A stretch of 63,814 nt of DNA from Lama guanicoe. Taxonomy: Eukaryota. Below the pieces are notes generated by a model, which made no database searches, was not told where the DNA came from, and saw nothing but the letters and a program-made list of their open reading frames with translations. Made by a program: the position numbers and the translations under genes. Below are positions 11,844 through 26,089 of the stretch, piece by piece; the stretch's first letter is position 1; every line of letters begins with the position of its first letter. The stretch spans positions 4,243,753 to 4,307,566 of the forward strand of contig MU053629.1 in the NCBI GenBank assembly GCA_013239625.1. Direction: 5' to 3'.

Positions 11844-13221
11844 ATCTAGGTGTCCTCACCCTCCAGCTGACTCAGTGCAGGGATGTCAGTGGTCTGCAGC
11901 TCCTCCCGAGCGTGCTCACCTTCTCTGTACCTTTAGACAGGATCGTGGGCATAGACCCGAAAAGGAGATCAGGGCCTCTTTGCCCTGAAGGGGACCCAGG
12001 CTCTTCTTGGAACAACTTCTGATTTTTTTTCTCTCCTGGCCTGTTCCCACTTTCAAAGGTCTGGTGAGCTTGGCAGAGGTTCCTATGGGTTCTCACTCTG
12101 GGAAGTTGCCTGGCAGGCGGTGAGCAGAGGTCTCGGGCCAGTGCTGGGACTTGGCACGGCGAGCCCCTCCTGTCCCTCTCATCAGCTCCCACAAAGATGT
12201 GCCCTAAGTAAGCAGGCGGCTCCACGTATGTGGAAGAGCTGGAGTGAGTGATCTAGCCCGGAGCTCTGAGATGGAGGAGGGAGAGCAGCAGACTCCCTGA
12301 TTCCTGAAGAAACGGTGGAATTCAAGTAGGCAGAGAGCAGGACGTGGCCCAGGGAGCAGTGCGGTGCAGAGAAGGAGCTGGAAGGGCAGGTCAGGAGTGC
12401 TGGGGACGCCTGTCAGAGTGCCGTGGCACTGGTGCGAGTGAGGAATGACAAGGGCCTGGCCAGGGCTGGGAGGATGGACCCTGAGGTGAGACACGATGTA
12501 GAGACCGGCCAGAGGAGGGCAGGGGTACCCTGGCAGGTGTGGAGCCCGGAATGGCTGGAGGTCAGGAGGGCTCGGGAGTCACAGGAAAGGTGATGTGGGG
12601 TCCTATGAGGGGACCCTGTATCTCAGGGGTTCCCAACTCTTCTGAGAGAAAGAACCACCCCATCCCAGGATGGCAGTTTTGCTCTGAGGAGCCCTTGATT
12701 GAAATTGAGACTACAGACTGACAACTCGAATCAATTCAGTTTCTTTTAGGTGAGTTTGTGTCTTAGCCACCCTGACAGATGGCATCTGATACATTTGGAG
12801 GACAGTTTCTGTAATCAGAGGCCGAGATCGGCTTCACTCTGCAGACAGCACCTGGTGCCTGTGTGGTTACAGGTGGCGAGTGCTGCGCGGACTCCCCGGG
12901 CTGCACCAGCCTTGTCATTTCACGGGCTTGGGCCCTGTGGCTCCACAGTTTAGGAGTCAGCCCACAGCAAGGCCAAGCCAAAGCTACAGGCCTTCCTGGG
13001 GCCCAGAGGTCAGCATGAGTTACTCCGGGGACCCTGGAAGAGAGAGAGGTGGCCTGGCCGGACCGCAGTCAGCACACCCGGCCTGTGCGGTGCGTTTAAA
13101 CGCCCCAGGGGCTGGTTGGTCCCTGGGCCTTCTGAGTTTGGCCCAGCACCTCCCTGAAGGACAGCTTCAACTCACGGCCAGGCCAGGAGGGGCAGGGCCT
13201 TTGTGGGCTAAAACGAAATGA

Positions 13222-13887
<666 letters not shown>

Positions 13888-15284
13888 TAAGCAAAATACC
13901 CTTAAAGTGCTGAGAGGTGCGTCTCAGTACTCAGGGCCCCTTGGAGGAGCGATCTTTTACTTGTTTATTTCATATATGATTATTCTGACAAGGTAGACAG
14001 ACAGGCCTGCCTGCTGCCAGGACCCCACTGCTTCTAACACGCTTCTAACACCTGGCACGTGGTTAAAAGATCGCTCAGTTTAGGAAGGTGAAGCCTTAAT
14101 ATGTTGTCATTTGGTTTGCTCATAAAATTATCATGCTAAGGATATTCAGTTTTGCCATCCAGAGTCACCTAGAAGGTCCACAGAGCTGGTGCAGAGATGG
14201 GGGGGGATTCCCAGACATCAGCCGGAGCCCCCAGTGTAGCCGAGGGTCTCCTGGGCAAACCCAGGATCTGGGCAGGGCAGCAGGGCAGCAGGGCCCCGGT
14301 GAATCAGGCACCTCTGCTCTCGCTGGTTTTATATCTTGGGCGTTCACAGAAGTCTTCATTTGAAGAGAGGATTTTACAGTTAAGAAAAGTTTGGCAGCCA
14401 TGGGCCTGGATGAGCTGGGGAGCTCATTTTGCGGGGAATAACCTGATGCCCACGGAGGGGCAGAGCCCTGTAGAGGCCACATGGCAAGTGTGACACAGTC
14501 GGTGTCAAAGAGCCCCGTCGCTGAGCCCGCATCCTTCCCAGATGGCCTCCCCATTTGTCGTCCTCTTAAAAAGATCCTGGGCGGTATACACAGGTGTTTA
14601 CTTATTCATTTTATACTTTTTATATTTTAAAAATAATATTTCAAAAATGACCAAAACCGCACAAACATTTTTTCCTTTGGGCCTGGGGATTCCCACCTCC
14701 ACCTCCGCCTCCCATTCTTAAATGACATAACGTGTGGACCCTACGTCAGCCAGCAAGCACCCCGGTGTCTGTGAGACACTGAGCCCTGTAGCACTGGACC
14801 AGGAAAATGGGGACAGCGGGGGGACGAGGAGGCAGGCCCGCAGCCGGTCACCTGGTTTCCATCTCACTTGACACTGTGCCTGTGAAACCTGGCTCTGCTT
14901 TCCGGCCCTCTGGGCCTCTCCCCCCAAGAGCGAGAACAGAGACCTTTCCAGGCAGGAGAAAAGAGCATCCCCTGGCCGAGCAGAGACTCGCTGTCAGGGG
15001 GTTTATGTAACTGCTTGAATTGCAGCCCCAACTGAAAAATCATTTCTGTCCATCTGGAGTGGATTTAAGAGATGAAGGAAAAGTAAATGACATAAACCTG
15101 TGGAATGTTTGAGAAAAGTGCATGGAGGGAAGAAAGGTACAAGGGGTGGCATTAATTAAGCCATCCCTGCAGGGAAGGGCTCCCGGGGGAGTCTGCTGCG
15201 CCAGGAGGTGCTCTGCAGGTTTACTGAGTAATTTCTGAATCTTGGAGAGAGAAGGGACCCAGTAGTTAGGAGGAGTAGTAGGGC

Positions 15285-15410
15285 TAATGCCCACCAGGCA
15301 CTTACCGAGTGTCTTACAACCCCATGAGGTAGGTATTATTGTCATCCCCATCTTACAGATGGAGAAACTGAGGCTCAGAGGCTGAGTAACTTGGCTGAGG
15401 CTGCCAGTAA
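15285..15410. mobile_element. MIR SINE
   Basis: Core acaaccccatgaggtaggtattattgtcatccccatcttacagatggagaaactgaggctcagag. Confidence 0.85.
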
Positions 15411-15640
15411 GACTTATCCGTGCCCTTTCCTCTCGTCGTCAGCCGCCTCAGGGTTAGGAACCCAGTGTCGCCCATCACTTCCCTGTGGGTTTAGGCTTGG
15501 GCTCTCGGTCCCATTCAACTGGTGACGCTGGCAGAGAACCAGTCGCTTGGAGCATCTGCTGCAACTCTGCCTCCTTCACTGGGCTCAGGTGGCCCCCGGG
15601 CCACTGTGTGGAGCCAAACGCCCAGTCCTGTCTGACCTGA

Positions 15641-15949
<309 letters not shown>

Positions 15950-16134
15950 TGAACCTCTGGGGAGAGGGTGCAGCATCTGACAGATCTGCCTTTGGTCTGT
16001 GGGTACCTGCTCGTTGCCTGCGTGCATGGATGCTCAGGTAATCTGCTGGCTCCCTCCCTTCCTCCTTCCTTCCTACAGCCATGCCGGGTGCTGTAGGGGG
16101 ATGGAGGGGTGCGCGAAGCCCCGCTGCTGTCCCC

Positions 16135-16600
16135 CACAGACCTTACTGATCAGCTGAGTATCCAAGATAAAGACACAAATGGGTTTAATATGAGGGAGGG
16201 TGCTAAGCACCAAGACAGCAGCACAGCCAAGGTGCTCACGGATCCAAGGGGAAGAACACATTTAACTGTCAGGATGGATCAGGGAAGGCTTCATGGAGGA
16301 GGAGGCATTTGGGCTTGGAAGGGTGGGTAAGCATTAGGCACAGGGTGATGGTGAGGTGAGGACAGCGAGGGCATTCCAGGCAGAAGCCCCGAAGGGATGG
16401 AGGGCAGGGCCCATGTGGGCGGCACTCTGGCTGCAGGAGAGCCGTGTAAGAGACAGTCAGGGGACACATTTAGAAAGCACGACGGGACCAGGCTGTGGAA
16501 GGACCTGAGAAAGTTTCGCTTTTATTGAGGGAGACTGTTGCGGGTTTTTTGAATAGGGCTGTGCGCTCCACATACACTCCAAGAGGTGCCAGTTCTCCCC
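16135..16600 (-). mobile_element. L2 fragment
   Basis: gatcagggaaggcttcatggaggaggaggcatttgggcttgg is a characteristic reverse L2 motif. Confidence 0.55.
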
Positions 16601-18083
16601 AGAGGGTGGCTTGGACAGGGCCAGGCCCAGGTAGACAACGAGGCAGGAGGCTGATCTCATCCAAAGCCTCTTTACTTAGAAAGCTGAGGCAGAAAGCTCC
16701 CCTCCGAAGCCCACTAGTCCCAGGGCTCGCAGCCCACAGAGTGTGGCCTGTGCCTGGCCGGTAGAGCGTGCGGCTCAGGCCACTGCCTGCGGCCCCTGTG
16801 AGTGGCACGCCTGTCCCTGCCTGCTGAGTAGCAGATGATGGCGGAGCACTGGGCCACGGGCAGGGGCAGCTGAAGGCTTCAGAGTCTGAGATGCTGCTGG
16901 TGTTTCTAGAATGTCGTGTGGTTGCATTTACGGAGTACGTGTGTTAACTCTGGGCTCGCTTAGTCCTCTCCAGTTACTCTGGCTCTTCAGGTGAGGAGGC
17001 AATGTTCAGGACACAAGTTCAGAGAGGTTAAGCCATCTGCCAAGGACACACAGCTAGTCAGTGGCTGAGCCAGGAGGAGCCGGGGTTGACGGTGTGCTCG
17101 TCTGCTGCTTGGCTGGGCCAGGGCTGCAGCCCACCTTTAGCCCCACTTCACCCCCTGTCCCTTCCCTTCCCCTCGGAGGAAGTGAGGAAGTCCAGCTGCG
17201 TTCTTGGCTTTCTGCACCCCTCTCCCCCAGCCCTGTCTCTGGTGAGGGCAGAGCTGGCTTGCCGTGGGGTTTGGTTAGCTCATGGAATGTCGGAGCTGGG
17301 GGGCCTCTGAGGCCAGACACAGACTTAGCAGAGAAAGTGACCAGCCCAGAGGCACACAGCCAGCTGAGAGACCCCACGTTGGCCCATTACTAAGTGTCAC
17401 CTCAGCTCACCTTTTGGATATTTCCGGCATGTGCTTTTATTTTTCTGGTTGACACATCCCTGGCACCCAGGCAGCAGGACTTCATACAAGAGATTTATTG
17501 TAAACTTTATGCATGCCTGTCTCTAGTTTAACTGCCTGGAGAGGGAGGCACACACACCTTCACGTTGCCGTGAATGTCACTCCGACCCAGCCTTGTGCCC
17601 AGAGGCCAGAATGTGGCCCAGATCTCTCACTCCCGCCTGGCCTGGCAGAGGTGGATCCATCAGAGGAGCCTGGGTGGAGGTGCCCGGGGACCCTCTGCCG
17701 AGTTTCCCATTGGGAGCCTTTCAGCGGGCCTGTCTCTCTGGCACTCCCTCCATCGAAGGGCAGAGCACCCCCCCCCAGGCCACACCCTACACCGCTGTGG
17801 GCATTCTGGCCCTGTTCCCTGGAGTCCTGCCTGGCCCCGTCACTCAGCACGAGGCCCGCCTCTCCCAGTGTCACCCTTGTTCTTGGGCCCTTTACGGCCT
17901 GCCTTGGTGTCCCCACAGCCCTGGGGACTGGAGCTGGGGCCAGCGTTCCATCCTCTCCCCTCACCCGTGTCAGCGCATCTCCCTGTCACGGTGGGGACAG
18001 CTTCAAGGGCAGGGATGGAGGGGCCCGAGCCCAGCGTGGTGCTGAGGGTGGGGTCTGTGGCTGATGTAGGAACGACCCTGTGA

Positions 18084-18392
<309 letters not shown>

Positions 18393-20585
18393 TAGGCTGG
18401 CGCTTGCCCCGAAGAGCAGAGGGACCAGGGATCAGATGGGGCCCGGGTGCCAGTAAATGAGGAACAGCTGAGCGGTGCTCATCCAGGGTGTCAGGGTTTC
18501 TCCGGTGCTGGACGCACACCTGTTCCATTTCACCCTCACCCAGTCCTGGGTGGGGACCCTGGCATCGTCCTCGTCATACGGATGAGGGAACAGAGGCCTC
18601 GGGAGGTCACACATGAGTGGAAAAGCTGAGCCTAGAACTGCCCTCTTGGCATCTTCCTCATTCATTTTGGGCAGGTGATTTTAAGACGACCCTCCAAGGA
18701 GTTAAGTCTTCACCTCACTGTTCCTTCCCTCCTCTCTGGTTCTGGATTACCCTGAGGATCTAGGATGTTAAAACTGAGAAGCAGAGAAGGGAGATCTGGG
18801 TTGTCAGAAAGGAACACAGTTTACTTGCTCAGAAAAGAAATGGTATTTTTTCAGCATTTCAGAAGCTGGTTTAAACAGGGCATGGTCAGGGGTCTCCCTG
18901 GTCTGCTCTGTCGAAATCTCCCAGACCCGTCTCTCTGGTGTGGGCTTAGAGAATTGTTCCTCTTCTGTCCACACCTGGACCAGAGTTTCCCGCGAGGCGG
19001 GTCTGCAGGCCCAGGCCCTGCCCCACAAGCCAGCGCAGGGTACCCACACGTCAGCTGGAGCCAGCGCCTTGCAACTTACTCCCCCCGGTCTCTTCATTTT
19101 TCCAGATGTTTGGAATCCATTTTGTTTTGCAGTCATTCTGCACCCGGGCCAAACCCATTTCGATATTGGCTCTGGGCCACCGTTTATAATGAAATCCAGA
19201 TGAGCATGACTTATGGAAAGTCAGATTCTCATTAGAGGATTTCGGTCCATAAAATCCTCCTCTTTCATTTACCGTATTTTAGCTGCTGTTTCCCGTGTCT
19301 GCCCCGCAGTGCCGGGGGACGTCCCACCTTGGGGTCTCTGACATCCGGGATGAGTGACCAGCTGAGCAGTCCAAGTGGTCAGTCCTCAGGAGAACTTACA
19401 ACCCAGTGATAACGGCCTAGGAGTAACCCAGGCCCAAAGGCCCAGCCTGAGGGACGTTTTAGCCCACCTTTTAGCCTAGGCTGAAATCATTTAGGGGAAC
19501 ACGAGCTGAAAGGGGAGGGGAGATACTTAAAGAGGGACCCAATGGAAAAGAGCCAGAGGGAGGTCCATTTGTCCTCTGAACACTCAGACTGCAGCCCAGA
19601 GGGCCCAGCTCAGGCACCCAGGTCAGGAAGGCGCCCCAGGGCCGGGTGCGCAGGCCCCTGCTGACCCTCACTGGGGTGACAGGCCAAGTGAGGAGGGTGC
19701 CCTCGGGCCAGCGGCTCTCAACCTGGCCCAGCAGGCAGCCGGCCAGCTTCAAGTGCTCGGGAAGAGGCCCCTCGTTGGCGGAAGTCTTTCCCTGGGGGCA
19801 CTGTGTCACCACACGGGATACGGCCAGCACAGCCCGTCCTGGGCAGCCCACCCCGTCACTGCCGCCTGGCAGCAGCGTGGAGCAGCCTCACTGGCGGTGC
19901 GGCCCCTTCCCAGAACCGTCTCGCCCTCCTCCTGCCGCCTCGGCCAAGGAGAGTAAGGTTTCATCCCTTCCTGTGAGGTGGCCGAACGCAGGGCCTGGAG
20001 CCCGGGCCTCTCACCTCCAGCTGGCACCGGCGCCTCCGGCCTCAGCAGATAGCCTCTGCCCGGCGGAGGCCCTTGGGAGCTGGCCTGCGGGCTGCGTCAT
20101 CAGCCAGCCCGAATTTAGACAAAGTGCTGTGGGGAAAAGAAACGTGTGCTGCGCCTCGGTTTTTTCCAGTAATTGTTCCATGGCTCGCTCTGCTCGTAAG
20201 ATTTTCCAAAATAAGGCCATAGATGGGAATTATATCAGCACATTGGGGACCGACGGCATGTGGACTCTGTCGGCGCTTTGTAAAAAAAACACCCCTCGAT
20301 CAGACAGACGCACGTCACCGGGGCCTGCTGGGGCTGGACAGGGGAGCTGGGGGTGCCCGCGTGGGGCCGAGGGGCCATGGGGACCTCTGCTCAGGCCGGA
20401 GGTTCCCCGTTGGGGGCCCATCATGGCGAACTGGTGAGCCCCTGAGGCACCCTGGAATTTGCCTTACGTGTTTCCCTTTAAGGGTCCCCCGCTTCCCTGG
20501 TACAGGAGAACCTGATACACTCAAAGCTCTTCTTCCATGGAGCAGTTTGGCCTGGCAGTCTGAGCTAGTCAGTGGCAGGGTCTAG

Positions 20586-20861
<276 letters not shown>

Positions 20862-23800
20862 AGACAGTGGGTGTGAAGGGGGCGGGAGGGGAGGGTGGGC
20901 TTGGGGGAAACGGCCAGGTAGGAGGTGGAGAAACCAGAACTCAACTCACTGTTGTCAAGGAAGAAGAAATTTTTCTCCCTCAACCAAAGTGGCACCAGCC
21001 TGTTTTCCAAAACACAAAAACAAACCCAGAGAGGGATTTTTATGAACAGCTGTGTCTGCTGAATACATTTGCCCTTCGGCCCCAGTTTGAAGGGCAAGAA
21101 ATGGCTTCTGCTCTGGTCGCTGGAGCACAGACAGGTAGCAGTTCCCCACCTGCCCCCTCCCCCAGCCCCCTTTTTTAATGAAAGCAAACTGGGGTGTCAC
21201 TGTCCAACAGGAAATGGCCCTCTGTTCAGGACCAGAGTGTGGAAGTCACCTTGGGTGTTCTAGGGAGGGAGACGCCTGCAGAGGCATGAGCACACCTCGG
21301 ACACAGCCCCCCTCTTCACCGAGCGTTCCAGAACCCCCGGCAGCAGCAGACCGAATACCCTGGGGGCTGGATCGACTTGGGCCAGGGAGGGGGCTTGTCT
21401 GTCCCCACCCCTCAGAGCACACCGAGTGGCATGGTGCGAGCGGGCGTGTTATGGACGGGCACACACAGATGGTGGGAAAAGGCGGCAAGGCAACTCTTCT
21501 TTAAAAATGCTCTTAAAGTTGTCCTCACATTCAACAGTTGGAAGGCTCTGTTGAGGCTCAGTACATACGCAATGTATAGTTTATACCATCACGTTAATCT
21601 CAAAGAGATTTGACTGGCGTGGAGTATTTACACAAAGCAAGAGGCAGTGTCCGTGAGGGCGTTCGGCTGAAGGCAGCACTACGGTGTGCGGGGTCTTGAG
21701 TCCCCTGTAAGCGCTCACTCCGTATTCTCATGCATTCGGCTATCCTGGTGGATGTCGTCACTTGCATTAATTAAATTAACTTGATTGTATGCTCTTTACA
21801 ACGTTTGTTTTCTATTAAAAAGCAAACCAAGCAACCCTGGGTTGGCACACTGGCTGGGAAACCAGAGCGGACACCCAGCAACTTCTCTCCCAGCGTGAAG
21901 CTTCTCCAGGCTTTGTAGAGAAGACACCTGCCAGCACTTTTGGAAGCTGAAATGAACAGAAGCAAATTCACCAGGAGGGAAAAATCTCAGGCCAACATAG
22001 GCAAGTGAAAGGGCTATTAAAAAAATTTTTTTTTTACACCTTTGAAAATTGCAGGCTTGGTGCAAAGAAGTCTGTCATCTTTCTCCTGGGACATGAAATT
22101 ATCTGGCTCACGGTAGAGGCTCATCAGAGACAAGTGTGGCAGTTATCTGGTGTCATAAGTACTGCTCCCAGTGGCAATTAGTGAGAAAACGATTATAAAT
22201 TATTTCAACTGGAAAAAAAAAAGAGCCCTCTTTACTGGCCTTTTGCAGAACACAGCAGACAGGATTGCCGCTTGCAACTGGTACTTTATTCTTTGCTGCT
22301 GTTTTTTGTATGAAATGACTTATGCCATATTTTTGCATGGATTTCTACCAGGAAAAATAAAGGGATTTCCTATGGAAGTCCTGTCTTATTCCAGGTGAAG
22401 GGAAGAAAGTGTCTACTCTTGGCAGGTATAAACCTCAACTGTGATGACATTTCTGATGTTTATGGAGATGTTGGGGGCCTCCCGGCGCCTCACTTGCAGG
22501 GTCCTGGGCCTCTGAAGCTCCAGCCTTGAGGTTTCCAGGTAGGAGAGCTACTTGCCAAGCCTCTGGAGGACACAGGAAGAGACGGAAGGAGCATCTTGCC
22601 AGACCTGGGCTAGTCTTCGTGCAGGGCTGTTGACACGGAGCCCAGAGACAATGCGTGACCCTTCACTCCACCTGAGAGGGTCAGATCTGCAGGTCTGACG
22701 TTTGTGCCTGGTGTGAAATAACTGTGAACGGCTTCTTGCAGAGTCAGGAAGCCGTCTGAACCTCCTGGATGTGCGATCCTGCTCCCAGTCAGGTCTGAGA
22801 CTCGCGGTATGAATTACTTATTCTGTTTCGGCCTTGGCCGGAGCAGTCGTGGTGCCCCCTCTAAAAGCCATGGGCAGCAGCCTCTGAGGGCCTGCGTTCT
22901 CCACCTGCTTCGTGAGCCCCTCTGAAGGCTTCCTGTGGCGCACCGCTGTCCCCCAGCTACTTGGGAACTGGCCTCAGGTACAGCCCAGTTTGGGCGATCC
23001 AGTGGTCACGTCTGGCTGCATTCGGATGGTGTCTTAGAACCCTCGATGCTCAAGGCTACTTCTAGGAGGTATGAAGTGTTAGTATTGTGTTTTTCCAAAA
23101 GCTACTTACTTGGCCCTTTATAGATGAGACGCTGGAGGAGGATGCGTGAGGAAAAGGCGGGGCAGCCCCCCTGCAGCACCACTGAGGGTAGGACCTGGTT
23201 TCCCTGCTGTGGAGGCACTGTGAGACCTGTGTAGTAGGAGTCTCCTTCAAGTCAGAAGAAGAGTTTTAAAATCTTTTGCATAAAAGGCATTTATACATTA
23301 AAATTTTTTAAAGGACAGCTGAACGGGGCAAGAGGAAATCAGGGCAGGTCTGGCGGGGAGGGGGTTGGGAACAGTAGCTGGGGGTTAGCATTTTAAGTGC
23401 AGTCGCCTAGGCTGCACGACCTGCCCTGTGCCCCCGCCCCGGGCTGCCCGCCAGGCCGCCGGCACCTTGCGGCTTGTGCTGACGCTGACCTGACAGCCCC
23501 TCCAGCCTGCCTGGGGGTGGCGGGTGCAGAGCCTGGCCTCGGCACCTCCCCAGGAGCCAACTTCTGGTCCCTCTCCTCTCCTCCCGGCGCCCTCCCCCCT
23601 CCTAACTTTATTTAGTACTTGGAGCCTTCCCGTGCCAGTAGGCAGCCGCCCGGCGGTTCGGGTTACCGGCCTGTGCTGGCCCGTCATCTGGGCTGGCCCC
23701 CTTCCTGGCAGGCCGCGGAAGACCTGACATTTTGAGACAAGCCCAGAGTCAGGAGCGGGGGGCTTGGACTCTTCTCTTAGGAGGAACACACATGAGGGCA

Positions 23801-25290
23801 AGGCTGCTGGCAGACTTTTCCATTGTCCTTATGTTGTCTGTGCTGTATTTTTATATTGACCGTGGTGATTATTTTTTTAAATCATTGTTAATGTATTGGA
23901 ATGAGCTGTATAGCACGTATCTTGTGCTTAGTTTATTTTTCTCCATCTCCCTTTGGCTTCCTAGAGTTTGGATATATTCCAGGGCTAAATGCTTTTACTC
24001 AAACCGCAGAAAGAGGTTTTCTTTAAGTAATGTGTGCATGTCAAGCATGTGTGTGAGGCGCTTGGGGAAAAGGCAGATATCTGGTTTCATTCTCAGCCCC
24101 AAGCTGCCCTTTCGGAGGCTCCGTGCGGGTCTGCAGGGCCGGAGCTCCCACCAGGCCACTCTCCGGAGCCTTTAGGAGGGAGGGGCAGGACGCTGCAGCC
24201 CGCTCGTGCTTGTTTACCAAGGGGTGACTAGTAGCAAGAGCAGGCACGAGTTTAGTTCTGGACCCTCTGCCTTACTGTGTGACTTCAAGTGGCAGAGGTG
24301 GGAGTTTTCCCCAAATTTCCATCTTTGCTAGAAGAAAACTTCGACTTAACACAGCCAAGTTGTACCATTTTTCTTCGTGTGGCATAGACACTCCCCTCTA
24401 GAACCCTTTCAAGTAAGTCTTTCAGGAGTATCGGCCACTTCTCACGTGGGTGGGAACGCAGAGAAATGGACACAAGAGGATATGGATCAAAATCAGACGG
24501 AAGAGTCGGGAAATGACTTGGTACACAGGCAACCTTCCAGAAACACAGCTATCAATCACACAGAGATACTCGCCTATTGTGTAAACTGGATTGAGAAACT
24601 CAAGTGATTTTTTTTTAATGCTTAAGTAATGTCCACGTGAGCATTCTGTTGTTTTTATATTTATGTAATAATTTCTTAAAACCATTCAAGACAGATAACT
24701 ATTTAATTTGTTGAAGGAAGAGTCTCCTCCCGAGGACAGCAGCTGGGAAGAGGTGGGGGCACAGCCAGTTCTGAATGGCGCTGGAGGGCGCGGTGGCTTC
24801 TTGGCTCAGCATGGAGAGCCACCCTCCCCCCTCCCCCCAGGCTGGGGTGACTGGCAGCACGTGACACAGGCAGCTCGGAGTCAGATGGAGGCCCTTCCGC
24901 AGGGTCCTCTGAACCAAGCCCCTCTCCCTTCCCAGCGGTGAGAACTTGACAGAGGGAGGGAGCCCCTTCCTCCCGGAAGCCTTCACCCACCCTCGCTGCT
25001 GCTCTTGCGACTGGGCTGGTCGGTGCGGGATCGCTCTGGTGTGCGTTTGGGTGGGGAAGACGCTGTGGAGGACGTTGATTACCTTCACTTCTCAGCCCGC
25101 CTGACCTTTTAATACCTTTGTAAAAAGCATGTATGTATTTATAGTGTTTTAGATTTTTCTAACTTTTGTATCTTAAGAGCAGCGCCCCTGTCGAAGCATT
25201 GTACCCCTACTGTTAAAGACCTGTGTCCTCTCTCCTCCTCTCCCTCCATAAGTGCCCTTCTAATAAACTTTTCATTGCAAAGCTGCTGTG
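20862..25290 (+). other. SMAD3: SMAD3 3'UTR (~4.4 kb)
   Basis: Repeat-poor sequence after the stop codon that resembles the recalled human SMAD3 UTR at its 5' end. Contains AU-rich blocks and ends just after AATAAA at 25262. The 3' end is approximate. Confidence 0.8.
25262..25267 (+). terminator. SMAD3 polyadenylation signal AATAAA
   Basis: Canonical hexamer preceded by a U-rich region with several TGTA motifs (25099-25203). Confidence 0.75.
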
Positions 25291-26089
25291 GCAGAAGCTC
25301 GCTCTCATTCTTGCTGCCATGTCTGGGTGAGGAGATTTAAGCGGGTCCTGGGGGCTTCTGAGAAAAGTGTGTCCAAGCCCAAATGCTCTGGGACCAAGGA
25401 TGTGCCAGGCCCCACTCTGCCACTGCCCCGCGGTCCTCGCTCACTCACCCAGGGCCACGTGCGGTGCCAGGCGGTCCTTCAAGGATGGCAGAGTCTCCAG
25501 GTCGGGCGGGCAGAGGGCTGCAGCCTCATGGCTCCCCACATCTCAGCGCTGTGCCAGTCCCGTCGCCACTGTCTCCGCGTGGTCACTAGCATTTGTGGTT
25601 CATCTGCATCATCTGCAAGCATTGTCCCTTGGGCAAACGACTGGATGCCACCAGAATCATTTCACCACAGGCATGGAGGTGTTGATTGCTAAAGAAGTAG
25701 GTTTCCACACGTTCCGGCTCAGACGACTTAGCTCCTGTGAAAATTCATTTTAAATTCCAAACTCCCAAGGAGAAAGAGACGTCAAAGTTGTCTCCTTGGC
25801 TGAATCTTACACTGACCCCAGATAATGTGGATTAAGAAACAAGATGATTAAAATGAGCAATTTCGGGGGAGGAGGAGAACGGAAGTGGGCAGGGGCACCT
25901 CTCCAGCAGCCTGCCTGCTAAGGACCTGACCAGAGCCCAAACACTCCCCACACCAGGAGGGAGGCACATTTCACAGGAGCAGCACCTCTGAGCCTGTGGC
26001 TTTGGCCTCCGCGAACCACACATCAAATTCCTGCTTCCATTGTCACTGCTTAGCCAGTTCTACCTTCCTAAGTGACTCTTCCCCCGGGG

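Noticed and set aside
14030..14051. Short tandem duplications (gcttctaacac x2; similar at ~4220, ~30441, ~61982) and 14-bp palindrome at 62887-62900
   Set aside because: Isolated microduplications or palindromes expected from slippage or chance; no array or spacer structure.
19646..20437. 263-aa ORF in SMAD3 intron 8
   Set aside because: GTG start, low-complexity P/G/S/A composition typical of GC-rich intron, no recognisable domain.
23732..24175. 147-aa hydrophobic ORF in SMAD3 3'UTR
   Set aside because: Hydrophobicity reflects U-rich UTR sequence; no coding signature.
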